Below are positions 1 to 12,100 of a stretch of 64,000 nucleotides of DNA, in pieces. The notes beneath the pieces are model-generated. The model was not told the origin of the DNA. It saw nothing but the letters and a program-made list of their open reading frames with translations, and did no database searches. This stretch comes from an uncultured Acidobacteriota bacterium (lineage in GTDB: Bacteria > Acidobacteriota > Vicinamibacteria > Fen-336). Position numbers and translations under genes: made by a program. The DNA lies in NCBI GenBank assembly GCA_963729875.1, contig CAVSPR010000010.1, forward strand, positions 77,704 to 141,703, written 5' to 3'. Each line of letters starts with the position of its first letter. Position 1 is the first letter of the stretch.

Positions 1-3000
1 CCTCTACCAGGAGCACTTCCTCGGCTGGGCCCCCGGCGCGATCCCGTCGACACCGCGGGAACCCGGGCAACCAGGACAAGCGGCGTCTTCCTCACCGTCG
101 CCCAGGACAACACCCGGGTCTTCGTCGACTACGACAACGACGGCACCGCCGACCAGACCTACACGCTGAACCGCCTCCAGACCCAGTACATCTACGACCC
201 ACGAACCCCGGCGGCGGGGACCTCTCGCGGGCCCACTTCTGGGCGACCGGGCCCTTCACGATGGCCTACGGCGCAGAACGCGGACACCGCGCCCGACCAG
301 GCGACTCCGGCGCTGGACCTCGGCTACGTCGCGATCCCCGGCACCGACTTCATCTCCCTCGTGCTCAGGCGTGGACAAGTCGGTGAGCCCGCAGGTCGTC
401 CCCACGGCCGCCGGGTCGACGGCCACGTTCACGCTCACGGTCAACTCGCAGAAGTACACCGTGGACGGCGTCAACGTCACGGACATCCTGCCGCCGAGCT
501 GGAGCTACGTCGGGCAGCACCAGCATCACCCTCGCCGGACCAGACGACCATCACCGGCGCCGACCGACCACGATCACCGGTGCCGCGGCCGACCCCGCGC
601 CGGCACGCTACACCCTGGCGTGGTCGAGCGCGCAGCTGGGCACCGGCGAGCATGGCCGAGAACCAGGAGATCACGATCACGTTCACCGCCCGGACGACGG
701 CGGCGCTCGCCGCGGGGACCCTGAGCCAGAACCGGGTGCAGGCCGTCGGCACGCGGACGGTCGGGCGGCCGACGACCCAGACCTTCACGGCCACGGACTT
801 CGCCTACGTCGCCTCCGGCGACGCTCGCAGATCACAAGACCTCGAACGCGCCGACGCCCCTGTACCCCGGGCGACACGTTCACCTACACGGTGACGGTCG
901 ACGAACCCGGCCGGACCGGCGTCACGCTGACCGGCGTGTCGCTCTACGACGCCCTGCCGGCCGGCGTGACCTACGTGCCGGGCAGCGGCTCGGCGACCTG
1001 CGAGCTCACGTCGCAACGTGCGGACCAGTTCGACGACCGCAGCCTACACCAACAACAACGGCACGACGGACCTGGGCCGGCGACTGGACGGAGACGGACG
1101 CCGGGAGCGGTGCAACCGGCGCGGCCGGGGGATTCGTCTGGGTCACGGGCGGCGCAGCTGCAGTTCCGATACGCTGCACTCGTTCGTGCTGCGACCAGTT
1201 CAACAGCGACGGCAGCTACGCCGGCAACGACGGCTCCGCCACCTGGCAGGACGACTGGACGGAAGCCGACGACGACGGCGCGCAGCAGCGGTGACATCCA
1301 GATCGCCAACAACCGCGTCGAGTTCCGTGACCGCCACCGACGGCGGGGACGTCGATCACAGCGCACCGCGACGGTCTCGGCGGGCCACTGCGGTCGCGAT
1401 CAGCTTCACACCTGCGCGACGCCGGCGGCCTGGACGCCAACGACGACCTCATCGTCGAGTACAGCTCGAACGGCGGCGGCGCCTGGACCACTTTGCGGAC
1501 GCTGCGACGGAGGCTCGGCGAACCAGACCGTACACCGACAACGTCACGCTGGACGCCGGCCAACGCCACCGATCATCCTCCGTTTCCGCGCCGAGGACGC
1601 CATCGAGAACGGCGAGCAGGCGATGCTCGACGACGTGCAGATCAGCTACAACGTCCCGGCCAACGCCGCCGGAGCCCTCGATCCGGCGGACCGCCGATCT
1701 CACGGGAGCCACGAGCGCCACGCTTCAGCTTCAGCTACACCGGGGCGAATCTCGACCTCGGCGGGCGACATCGCTCGTGCGTCGAGGCGAGCACGGACGG
1801 CACGAACTTCACGACGCTGGCGACCTTCAACGCGCCAAACGGGACCGCGCGCCGAAGACGTACAACCTCTATCTCCCCGATCGACTACACCTCGGCGAAC
1901 ACGACCATCCGGCTTCCGCGTCACCGGCGGCTTCAATGCGACCGGCAACGAGACGTTCTCCATCGACAACGTCGACATCAGCTACACGTCCGTACCGCGA
2001 CGCAACGCCGCCCCCGAGTTCCTGAACAGCAGCGCGGGCTGCAGCCTCGCTCCCGGCGGCTCCCTCACGCTGACCTTCAACGCGACCGTCGACAACCCCT
2101 CGCCGAGCGGGATCACGTCGATCACGAACACCGCCTCCACGACATCCACCCAGTTGCCGATCGCGCTCAGCGCCTCGGTCACGAACATCGTCGTCGAACC
2201 CGAGCGTCGCTGAGCGCCAGCGTCGGCGGCAGGGTCTGGCTCGACGCCGACGGCGACGGCGTCCAGGACATCGGCGAGCCGGGGATCGCCAACGTCGAGG
2301 TCACGCTCAAGGACCAGTCGGGACGCCGGTGGCGACCACGGTCACCGACGTCAACGGCCGCTACCTCTTCCCCGGCGTCGCAGGCCGGCAACGGGCTACT
2401 ACGTCGAGGTGACGGCGAGCCGTTGCCGAGCGGAGTCACGCAGTCCTTCCCGTCGGGCCGACCGACAACCGGACGACGACCTTCGACCTCTCGGCCGGGC
2501 AGGACTACACCGGCGCGGACCTGGGCTACCGGCCCTCCGCGGGACCGCACCTTCGGCGACCTGGTCTGGGTGGACGCCGACGGCGACGGCGTGCGCGACT
2601 CGGGCGAGATCGGCCTGCGGCGGCGTCACCGTCAGGCTCTACCAGGACATCGACGGCGACGGCGTGGTGCGACGGCTGGCGACACCTACGTCGGCACGAC
2701 GACGAGCGCCCCGACGGCAGCTACCTCTTCACGGGAGCGACGGCCCGGGCACCGAGGCCTACTTCGTCGCCGTCGACGACGACCCAGGCCCCGGCTCTCC
2801 GGGTACACGCCACCACCGCGACGAGCCGCAGTCTACCCCGAATGTCGCGGCGGCGGCGCCTACCTGACCGCCGACTTCGGCTTCCGGGGGCACGCGATCA
2901 CCACCTACACCTCAGCGACCGCGTCTGGCTCGACGCGGACGGCGACGGGATCTACGACGCCGGGAGCGAGCCGGGATCGCCGGGGTCACGGTGAGCTGCT

Positions 3001-6000
3001 CGACGCCAGCCTCAACGTCATCGGCACGACGACGACGGCCGCGGACGGCACGTTCACCTTCAGCGGCCTCGCCGGCGGCGGCGCCGACTACACGACCCGG
3101 CTCAGCGACACCACCGGCGTCCTCGCGCAACTACTTCGGCACGACCACCTACGCCCAGGCGCGGCAGCGCGCCGAGAGCAAGTCTGGCCGGCGAGCCGTG
3201 GACCGCACGGCCGCGCCCAGCTACGGCTTCCGCGCCTCGCGGAGCATCGGCGACACGATCTTCTACGACCTCAACGGCGACACGGCGTCCAGGACCCGGC
3301 GAGAACGGGATCGCCGGGGTCGCCGTGAGCCTCTACCGGGACCCCAACGGCAACGGGCGTCATCGACGACCGGCGCGACGACTGCCTGGTGGGCGGCAGC
3401 GTCACGACGGACGCCAACGGGCAGTACCTCTTCGCGGGGCTCGTCAACGCCAACTACATCGTGAGCGTGCCGATCCCCGCCGGCTACACCTTCAAGGGTC
3501 CCGGCCACGGACAGCGACGGCGGGACGGCCGGGATCCAGAAGGGACGGCACGATGGCCGGGCCGCGAACATCCTCGACGTCGACTTCGGCTTCCAGGCCC
3601 ACGAACCCAGCGCACCATCTCGGGCATCATCTGGAACGACGCCGACGCCAACGGGGTGATCGACGGCGGCGAGTCCGGCATCGCCGGCGTGACACTGGAC
3701 GTCGCTCGCTCGGGGACCGACGGTCGTGGCCACGGTGACCACCGACGCCACGGCGACCTACTCGGTCGTCCGGCCTGCCGAACAGCGCCTACACGTCCGG
3801 GTGACCGACACCGACGCGTCCTCACCGGCTACGCGCCGACCTACGAGAAGACCGAAGGCACGACGGCGCCCTTCAACTACCAGGAGTCGGTCGACTCGTC
3901 CGCCGGCAACGTCACGGACGTCGAACTTCGGCTACGCGAAGCCGCTGCCGACCTACGCGGCGATCGCCTCCTGAGGGCGTACCTGGCCGCGGGGTCGGTC
4001 ACCGTGGAGTGGCGCACGTCGCTCGAGGTGGGGACGGTCGGGTTCCACCTCCTGCGGCTCGACCCGCGACGCGGGCAGTACGTGCAGCTCACCGAGCGGC
4101 TCCTGCCGGGCCTCGTCGTGCACCCGCAGGGCGGCGTCTATCGCTTCGCGACGCGGGGGCGCCCACGGAGGGGCGGCTCACCTACAGCTCGCTGGAGCTG
4201 GACGTCCGCGGCCGCGCGCACCCGTACGGGCCGTACGCCGTCTCCGTGTCCCCGGGCGGCGCCCCGGGCCCTCGATGAGCGCGGCGCACCGGGACCTGCG
4301 AGTCGCGGGCGTTCAGCCGCCAGGCCGTCGGCCCGACGCGCGATGCGACTGGCCCTTCGCGCGACCGTCGCCGAAGCCGAGCGGCAGGTGGCGTCTCATC
4401 GGACGAGGTTGCGGCGACAGGGCCGGGTCCTCAAGGTCACGACGCGGGAGGCGGGATCCACTACCTCTCCGCCGCCGCCATGGCCCCGCCCCTCGGCCTG
4501 CCCGCGGAGAGGGTCGCGGGCCTGATCCGCACCGGTCGGCTCACGCTCAGCCACCGCGGGCGCGTCGGTGCCGCTACCTGCCGGACGAGCGGGGACGCGG
4601 GATCTACTTCTACGCCGAGCCGGTCGGGAGCCCCTACACGGACGAGAACGCCTACTGGGTGACCGTCACCCCGGGTCCGACCATGAGCGCCCGGCCCGCC
4701 CCGCCGGCAGGGCTCCTCGCCACCTCCTTCACGGAGACGGTGCACCGCGAGGAGGACCAGTATCCCCTGCCGGTGTACTTCCGGGACCCGGAGCGGGACT
4801 TCTGGGTCTGGGACTACCTCTACGCGGGGTACGACGGGGTCGACGCGAGGAGCTTCACGATTCGCGCGGACGGGCGTCGCCGGGTACGGCGACGCGTCGC
4901 TGACCGTCCACCTCCTCGGCGGCACCGACAGCGTGCCCGGCGACGACCACCACGTCCAGGTCCTCTTCAACGGGCAGCCGGTGGGCGAGGCGCGGTGGGA
5001 CGGGCTCGCCCCTTCGACATCGAGTTCCCCGTCGCGTCCGGCAGCGTCCTCGAGGGGGACAACGTCGTGGAGCTGAGGGCCGTGCTCGACGCGGGCGTCG
5101 CCGAGAGCCTCCTCTACGTCGACTCCTTCGACCTGACGTACGAGCGTCGCTACCAGGCCGTCGACGACGTCCTGTCCTTCACCGCCGCGACCGGGACCGG
5201 CGTCGCCGTCGGCGGCTTCTCCGGGCCCGAGGTGATGCTCTTCGACGTGACCCTGCCCTCGCGCCCGGTCCTGGTGACGGGCTACCGTCTCCGCCGGGCG
5301 ACGGCCGGTACGAGGTGCGCTTCGGCGCGGCGGGGACCGGCGAGCCGGCGCTACCAGGCTCTGCTGCCCGGCCGCGCGAAGTCGCCGGCGGCGTGGCGGC
5401 GTGGCAGGACGCCGGCCTGCGCCGGAGGCGAACGCGGCGGACTACGTCCTCGTGGCCCCCGAGTCCCTCCTGGACGCCGCGCAGTCGCTGGCCGAGTACC
5501 GCCGGAGCCAGGGCCTCGCCACGATGGTCGTGGGGCTCGAGGACATCTACGACGAGTTCAACGCCGGCATCGCCGAGCCCCCCGCCATCCGGGCCTTCCT
5601 GCGCCACGCGACGTCCCGCTGGAGCACGGCCGCCGCGGTACGTGACGCTCGTGGGCCGCGGGACCTACGACTACCGGGACCTGCGGGGCTTCGGCGACAA
5701 CCTCGTCCCCACGCTGCTCGTCGGCTCGCCCGACGGCCTCGTCGCCTCCGACGTCGCCTTCGCCGACCTCTCCGGCGACGACGGCATTCCCGAGATCGCG
5801 CTCGGGCGCCTGCCGGTCGTCACCGCCGCGGACTCGCGGACTACCTCGCGAAGATCCAGGCCCACGAGAGCGCGGCGAGCGGCGAGTGGCAGCGCCGGGT
5901 GCTCCTGACCGCGGACAACCCGGACGCGGCGGGCAACTTCACCGGCCGACAGCGACTCCGTGGCCGCGCTCGCTCCCGCCGGACTACACGGCGAGCAGGG

Positions 6001-6478
6001 TCCACCTCGACACGACCACCGCCGCGGCGGGCCGGCAGGCGATCCTCCAGGCCGTCAACGACGGCGTCGTGGCCTTCAACTACATCGGCCACGGCGGCCT
6101 CGACCGCCTCGCCGAGGAGAACCTGTTCACCAGCGCCGACGTCGCGGCCCTGACAACTCCGACCGGCTGCCGGTCTTCCTGGCCATGACCTGCTCCGTGG
6201 GCAACTTCGCGATCCCCGGGTACCCCTCGCTCGGCGAGGCGATGCTGCTGCGGAAGGACGGCGGGGCGTTCGCGGTGTGGTCGCCGTCGGGGCTGTCGGA
6301 GAACCCCTGGCGGTGCGGCTGGACCAGGGCTTCTTCCGCGGCGCTTCGTGGATGGGGAGAAGGTCGTCGGCGACATCGTCGTGCGGAGCCTGGGCGAGCT
6401 CGACACTCCCGGGGTCGGCGCTACATGCGCTCCATGTACAACCTGCTCGGGGAGCCGGTGAGCCGGCTGCCCGAGTAG
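1..6478 (+). pseudogene. Giant secreted/cell-surface protein with its 5' end outside the window. It has DUF11-type repeats, SdrD/Cna B-like repeats and a C-terminal peptidase C25 (gingipain-like) domain. The reading frame is broken many times as sequenced.
   Basis: Recognisable peptide segments hop among all three + frames; I traced more than ten switches. DUF11-like segments: VDKSVSPQVVPTAAGSTATFTLTVN..VNVTDILPPSWSYVG (about 371-515) and VTLTGVSLYDALPAGVTYVPGSGSATCEL (about 930-1010). B-like repeats span 2224-3960. C25-like part: ADYVLVAPESLLDAAQSLAEYRRSQGLATMVVGLEDIYDEFN, FNYIGHGG (catalytic His context) and LPVFLAMTCSVGNF (catalytic Cys context), about 5440-6478. Stop TAG at 6476-6478. Confidence 0.7.
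2224..3960 (+). repeat. Five tandem SdrD B-like (Cna-B type, Ca-binding DxDxDG) domain-encoding repeats inside the giant surface protein
   Basis: Repeat starts seen at about 2224 ([27 protein letters not shown]), 2552 (LVWVDADGDGVRDSGEIGL), 2913 ([29 protein letters not shown]), 3246 (IFYDLNGD.VQD..GIAGVAVSLY) and 3618 (IIWNDADANGVIDGGESGIAGVTLDV). Each is followed by a T.DA.G.Y.F.GL type strand. Confidence 0.7.
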
Positions 6479-6529
6479 GCCACGGACCGCGCCGCGGCCA
6501 TCCGGCGTAGACTTCCGGAAGGCCGCCCC

Positions 6530-7128
6530 ATGGATACCGCCCGCCGGGTCGTGGCGCTCATGCTGCTGCTCGCACTCCCGCCCTCGCTGCTTCTCTGGGT
6601 CGTCATCCACCCGCTGGCCCGCTTCTGGCGGCGCCTGGGGTTCGGTTGGACGTACGCCCTGCTCTCCGTCCCCTGCGCGGTGGTGATGGGCACGACGTGG
6701 GCGGCGCGGCGCCGCCTGCTGGGAGCCGACCTCGGGACCTCCTGGCCCCTCGTCGTCGTTGCCGCCGCCTGCGCCGTCGTGGCCGCCGTCCTGGCGCGTG
6801 AGCGGGGCCGCCTGCTCACCTTCGGCATCCTCGCCGGGCGGCCCGAGCTCTCGCCCGCGCGCTACCCGGCCGGCTCCTGACCGAGGGCGTCTACGCCCGG
6901 ATCCGGCACCCGCGCTACGTGGAGGTGGTGATCGGGACGCTGGCGTACGCGCTGTTCGCCAACCACGTCGGCACCTACGTGCTGTGGCTGCTGCTGCTGC
7001 CCACGCTCCTCTTCGTCGTCCGGCTCGAGGAGCGCGAGCTGCGCGAGCGCTTCGGGGGCGCCTGGGAGGAGTACGCGCAGCGAGTGCCCCGCCTCATACC
7101 GCGCCGGCGGCGGGACGGCAGCGCCTGA
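6530..7128 (+). CDS. Isoprenylcysteine carboxyl methyltransferase (ICMT)/phospholipid methyltransferase family membrane protein, with one frameshift near 6870-6890
   Basis: ORF 6530-6880 gives four TM-like segments. ORF 6919-7128 carries the family C-terminus. The bridging text TEGVYARIRHPRYVEVVIGTLAYALF...RLEERELRERFGGAWEEYAQRVPRLIP reads across the frame change. Confidence 0.7.
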
Positions 7129-7220
7129 ACCGGGCTCCGGAGTCTCCCCCTGCCGCGCGGCCCGATCGCGTTAAGATCCCCCGAGCGACGCCCCGCCTTC
7201 CCAGAGAAAGGAGCCCGGCC

Positions 7221-9059
7221 ATGAACCGAAGACTCACGAGGGCCCTCCCCGTCGCGCTCGTCATCGCCTCGCTTCTCGTCGGCGTCCCGGCCGCGCGCGC
7301 GGCCGAGGACCCGCTCGTGGCGAAGAAGCTCCAGGGCTTCGACGAGTACATGGCGAAGGTGGTCAAGGACTGGAACGTGCCCGGCATCGGCGTGGGCGTC
7401 GTGGTGAGGGACAAGCTCGTCTTCGCCAAGGGGTACGGCTACCGCGACTACGGGAAGAAGCTGCCGTTCACCCCCAGACGGTGCTGCCGATCGCCTCGAA
7501 CACCAAGCTCTTCACCGCCGTCGGCCATGGGCCTCCTGGTGGAGGAGGGCAAGCTGGAGTGGGACAGGCCCGTCCGGCGAGTTCGTGCCGAGCCATCAGT
7601 TCTACAACGACGAGTTGAACAACACGGTCACCATCCGCGACATGCTGGCCCACCGGACCGGCATCACCCGGCACGACGCTGATCTGGTACAAGTCGGACT
7701 TCTCGCGCAAGGAGCTGTTCGAGCGGCTCGAGTACCTGGAGCCGAAGGAGCCGCTGCGGCCAGACGCTTCCTCTACAACAACATGATGTACGCCGGCGCC
7801 GGCTACGTCATCGAGCTGCTGTCCGGCAAGACGTGGGAGGAGTTCGTCCGCGAGCGGATCTTCACGCCGCTGGGCATGACGAACACGGTCTTTTCGATCG
7901 ACGAGATGGTGAAGCAGCCCGACCACGGCGTCCCCTTCACCGAGCGGCGCGACTCGTTCGAGATCTACTAGATCCCCTACTACGAGGAGCAGGTCGGCGT
8001 GGGCCCCGCCGGCTCGATCAACTCGAACATCGAGGACATGTCGCACTGGCTCATCGCCCTGATGAACGACGGCCGCTCGACGGGCGCGCAGGTCATCCCG
8101 CCGGCGGTGCTCAAGGCGACGCTCGAGCCGGCGATCGCCCTGCCGAACACCGGCCTGGAAGCGCGGGGCTACGGCGAGATCCTCAACTCGGCCTACGGCA
8201 TGGGGCGCTGGACGGCCTCGTACCGCGGGCACCTGCTGGCCTACCACGGCGGCGACATCAACGGCTTCCACTCGCAGGTGTCGTGCATGCCGCACGACAG
8301 CATCGGGGTCGTGGTCTCTCGTCATCGGCGACCACGCGGCGCCGCTGTACAACATGGTCGTCCTACAACGTCTACGAGCGGCTGCTGGGCCTGGGCCTGA
8401 CGCCCTGGAGCGAGCGGCAGCAACGGGATCCGCCTGAAGGGCAAGGAGGCCGGCCAGGAGGCCCGGGCCAAGGCCGGCGGCGAGCGCGTGCAGCGGAACC
8501 CGGCCCTCGCACCCGCTCGCCGACTACGCGGGCGAGTACGAGCATCCCGCCTACGGCGTGGTGAAGATCGCGTCGCCGAAGGACGGCGAGCTCGCGTTCG
8601 ACTTCCACAAGATCCGGCTGCCGCTCAGCCACTTCCACTACGACCGGTTCGACACGCCCGACGACGAGCAGGACGGCAAGTGGTCGGTCAACTTCGCGCA
8701 CGAACCCGCAGGGGGAAGTCGACAAGGCGATCATGTCGCTGGACGAGGCCGAGGTCGACGTTCGTGCGGCGGGTGCCGGCCGAGGACTGAAGGCGACGGC
8801 GACGCTCCAGCCGTACGTCGGCGACCTACCTCACGCCGACGGGCGGCCAGCTTCGAGGTCGCCTCGAGGAAGGACGGCAGCTGGGTCTCGCCTTCCCCGG
8901 CCAGCCGTTCCAGGCGCTCGTCCCCTGGAAGCCGAACCGGTTCAGGTGAAGGAGTTCTCGGACGTCCTGGTCGAGTTCGAGGTGGACGCGGGGACGGTGA
9001 AGGCGATGAAGCAGGTCGATCCCTCGGGCGAGTACCGCTTCCCGCGGCAGCAGCCCTAG
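7221..9059 (+). pseudogene. Secreted serine hydrolase of the beta-lactamase (class C/PBP-like) family with a C-terminal extension; several frameshifts as sequenced
   Basis: RBS GAAAGGAG sits upstream of ATG 7221, followed by signal peptide MNRRLTRALPVALVIASLLVGVPAARA. The S-x-x-K motif (IASNTKLFTAV) is readable only in a shifted frame between 7476 and 7523. Later segments (YNNMMYAGAGYVIELLSGKTWEEFVRERIFTPLGM; GPAGSINSNIEDMSHWL; HGGDINGFHS; VKIASPKDGELAFDFHKIRL) lie in different frames. Stop at 9057-9059. Confidence 0.75.
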
Positions 9060-9131
9060 CCCCGTTTTTCCTCGCCACGGGGTGTCTGACGGCGCTACCA
9101 TGGGCGCAGGTTTTCCAGCTGGGGGCCGGTC

Positions 9132-12100
9132 GTGGCGCTCGCGTCGAGTCAGCGCCTGGGCCGCTACGAGATCCTCGCCCCCCTCGGCGCCGGGGGGATG
9201 GGTGAGGTTTACCGGGCTCGGGACGAGAAGCTGGGGCGCGACGTCGCCCTGAAGGTCCTGCCTGCGGCGTACGCGTCGGACCCCGAGCGGCTGCGTCGTT
9301 TCGAGCAGGAGGCGCGCGCGGTCGGGGCCCTGGACCACCCGAACATCCTGACGGTGCACGACGTGGGGGTGGAGGGCGGGGCTCCGTACATCGTGACGGA
9401 GCTGCTGGAAGGGGAGACGCTGCGTGAGGCGCTGGTGCGCGGCGGGATCAGCCTGCGGCGGGCGGTGGAGCTGGGGTCGGAGCTGGCGCTGGGTCTTGGG
9501 GCGGCGCACGCGAAGGGTGTGGTTCACCGGGACGTGAAGCCGGAGAACGTGTTCCTGACGCGGGACGGGCGTGTGAAGGTTCTGGACTTCGGCCTGGCGA
9601 AGCTGCAGGCGGAGGTGGTGGGGCCGGGGGAGCTGACGACGGAGGCGCTGGGGACGCGGCCCGGGGTTCCGATGGGGACGCTGGGGTACATGTCCCCGGA
9701 GCAGCTGCGGGGGCAGGGGGTGGACGCGCGGTCGGACGTGTTCGGGCTGGGGGTGGTGCTCTACGAGATGCTGGCGGGGCGCTCTCCGTTCCGCCGGGAC
9801 TCGGCGGCGGACGTGGTGAGCGCGATCCTGAACGAGGACCCGCCACGTCTGTCGCTGACCGGGCGCGGGGTGCCGCCGGCGCTGGAGCGACTGGTTCAGC
9901 GGTGCCTGGAGAAGCGGGTGGAGGACCGTTTCCACTCGGCGCACGACGTGGCGCTGGCGCTGCGGACGCTGGTGGGGAGCCCCGGGGCTGACGGCACAGC
10001 CCGCGGACGCCGAGGAGGAGACGAACCCATACCCGGGACTGCGTGCGTTTGGGGAGGAGGACGCGCCGGTCTTCTTCGGGCGGGAGCGGGAGGTGGAGGC
10101 GGTCTGGGCCCGGATCCGGGAGCGGCGGCTGCTGGCGGTGATCGGGCCCTCGGGAGCGGGGAAGACGTCGTTCGTGCGTGCGGGGGTGATCCCCGCGCGG
10201 CCGTCGGGGTGGGCGGCGCTGGTTCTGACACCGGGGAGAGCACCGCTGGCGTCGCTGGCGCGGGCTCTCGTGCCGGAGCTGGCGGGGGACCCGGAGGCGC
10301 TGCGGGAGCTGGTGGCGTGCGAGGACGCGGACGTTCTGGTGGAGCTGTTCGGGAGGTGGCGGCGGGGGCAGGACGAGGCGCTGGTGGTGGTGGACCAGCT
10401 GGAGGAGCTGTTCACGCTGAGCGGGCCCGAGGTGCAGGAGAGGGTGGCGGTGATTCTGGCGCGTCTCGCGGAGGAAGCGGGCGTGCACGTGCTTCTCTCG
10501 CTGCGGGACGACTTCCTGATGCGGTGCCACGAGCACGCGGCGCTGGGGCCGGTGTTCTCGGAGATCACGCCGCTGGGTCCTCTGACGCGGGAGGGTTTGC
10601 GGGGAGCGATCGTGGAGCCGGCGCGGAGGAGCGGCTTCCGTTTCGAGGACGAGGCGTTGGTCGAGGAGATGGTGTCGGGTGTGGAGGACCCGCGGGGTGC
10701 GCTGCCGCTGGTGGCGTTTGCGACGGCGCGTCTGTGGGAGAGGCGCGACGTCGAGAGCCGGCTGCTGACGCGCGAGGCGTACCGTGCGATCGGGGGTGTG
10801 GAGGGGGCGCTGGCGCAGCACGCGGAGGCCACGCTGGAGGCGATCGGGCCGGAGCGTCAGGGGATCGTGCGGGAGGTCTTCCGGAACCTGGTGACGGCGC
10901 AGGGAACGCGTGCGGTGATGGACCGGGAGGAGCTCCTGTCGGCCTTCCCGGAGCGGGCGGCGGCGGAGCGGGCGCTGAGCGGCTGGTGGACGCGCGGCTC
11001 CTGACGTCGTACGAGGTGGGGGAGGGGGAGGGACGGAGCCGGCACCGTGTGGAGATCGTGCACGAGTCTCTGCTGCGGGTGTGGCCGCGTCTGGTGAGGT
11101 GGCGAGCGCAGGACGAGGAGGGAGCGCTGCTTCGGGACCAGCTGCGGCAGGCGGCGCACCTGTGGGAGGAGAAGAGGCGGGGCGGAGGACCTGCTGTGGA
11201 CGGGGACGGCGTACCGGGAGCTGGAGCTGTGGCGTGAGCGCTACCCGGGGCAGCTGACGGCCGTCGAGCAGGCTTTCGTGGCGGCGTCGGTGGAAGAGGG
11301 GGCACGGCGGCGCCGCCGCCTGCAGCGGCTGGTGGCCGGCTCGCTGCTCGGCGCGGCGGTGGTGGTGGCGGGGGTGACGGGGGCGCTGTGGAGGCGGAGC
11401 GAGGCGGCGCGCGAGCGGGCCCAGGCCGAGGCCCGCCGCGCCGAGCGAGCAAGCTCGTCGCTCTCGCCCGCGCCGAGCTGGGCCGCTACCCCCTCGCCAG
11501 CCTCGCCTACGCGCGCAAGAGCCTCGAGGTCGCGGACACGCCGGAAGGCCGGCGGTCCGTGGTCGAGGCACTCTGGCAGGTCCCCCACGGCGCGCCTTCT
11601 CCCGGTGGACCCGCCGACATGGGGCGCGGCCCTGAGCCCGACGGCCGCTGGCTGGCCGCCTTCACCTTCTCCGAAAAGGTCCTGCTGTGGGAGAACGACG
11701 GCCGCCTGGTCCCGACGATCGGAGGCCAGCGACCTCCCGGCTCGCCTCCGGGGCTCGCCTTCACGCCCGGGGGCGAGGCGCTCCTCACCTGGTCGCCAGG
11801 GGAGCCTCGCATCCGCCTGCTTTCCGTCCCGGACGGGCAGGAGATCCGCTGGCTCCCCGCGAATCCGAAGGCCGAAGCGAACGGGGGTGGTGGGGCGCCC
11901 AGGGCTGGGCAGTGCTGCGCGACGGCGTCCAGGTGATCCGTGGGGAGATGGGCTCGAGCCGCTTCGTGACGACCGGCATCGAGGCCTGGCCCTACGACGG
12001 GGGGACGCCTCGCGCTCTCGGGTCGTGGCGACGCCTCACGGGGACACGATCGCAGGATGCAAGCGGCTCCCGGATCGCGTTCTTGCGCGGCGGGCGGGTC

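Noticed and set aside
2224-3960. Regularly spaced DNA repeats that could be mistaken for a CRISPR or other tandem array
   Set aside because: The periodicity is about 330-370 bp and reflects protein B-like domains. There are no short identical repeats with unique spacers.
9060-9131. Hairpin CCCCGT-N11-ACGGGG after the hydrolase gene as a terminator
   Set aside because: The stem is only 6 bp with a large loop and no T-tract, which is not convincing.
8826-11571. Very long minus-strand ORFs (8826-10832, 9448-11571, 10565-11452) opposite the kinase-NTPase gene
   Set aside because: The translations are Arg/Pro/Gly/Ala low-complexity strings without motifs. Such strings are typical shadow ORFs in high-GC DNA, and the plus strand carries clear kinase and P-loop motifs.
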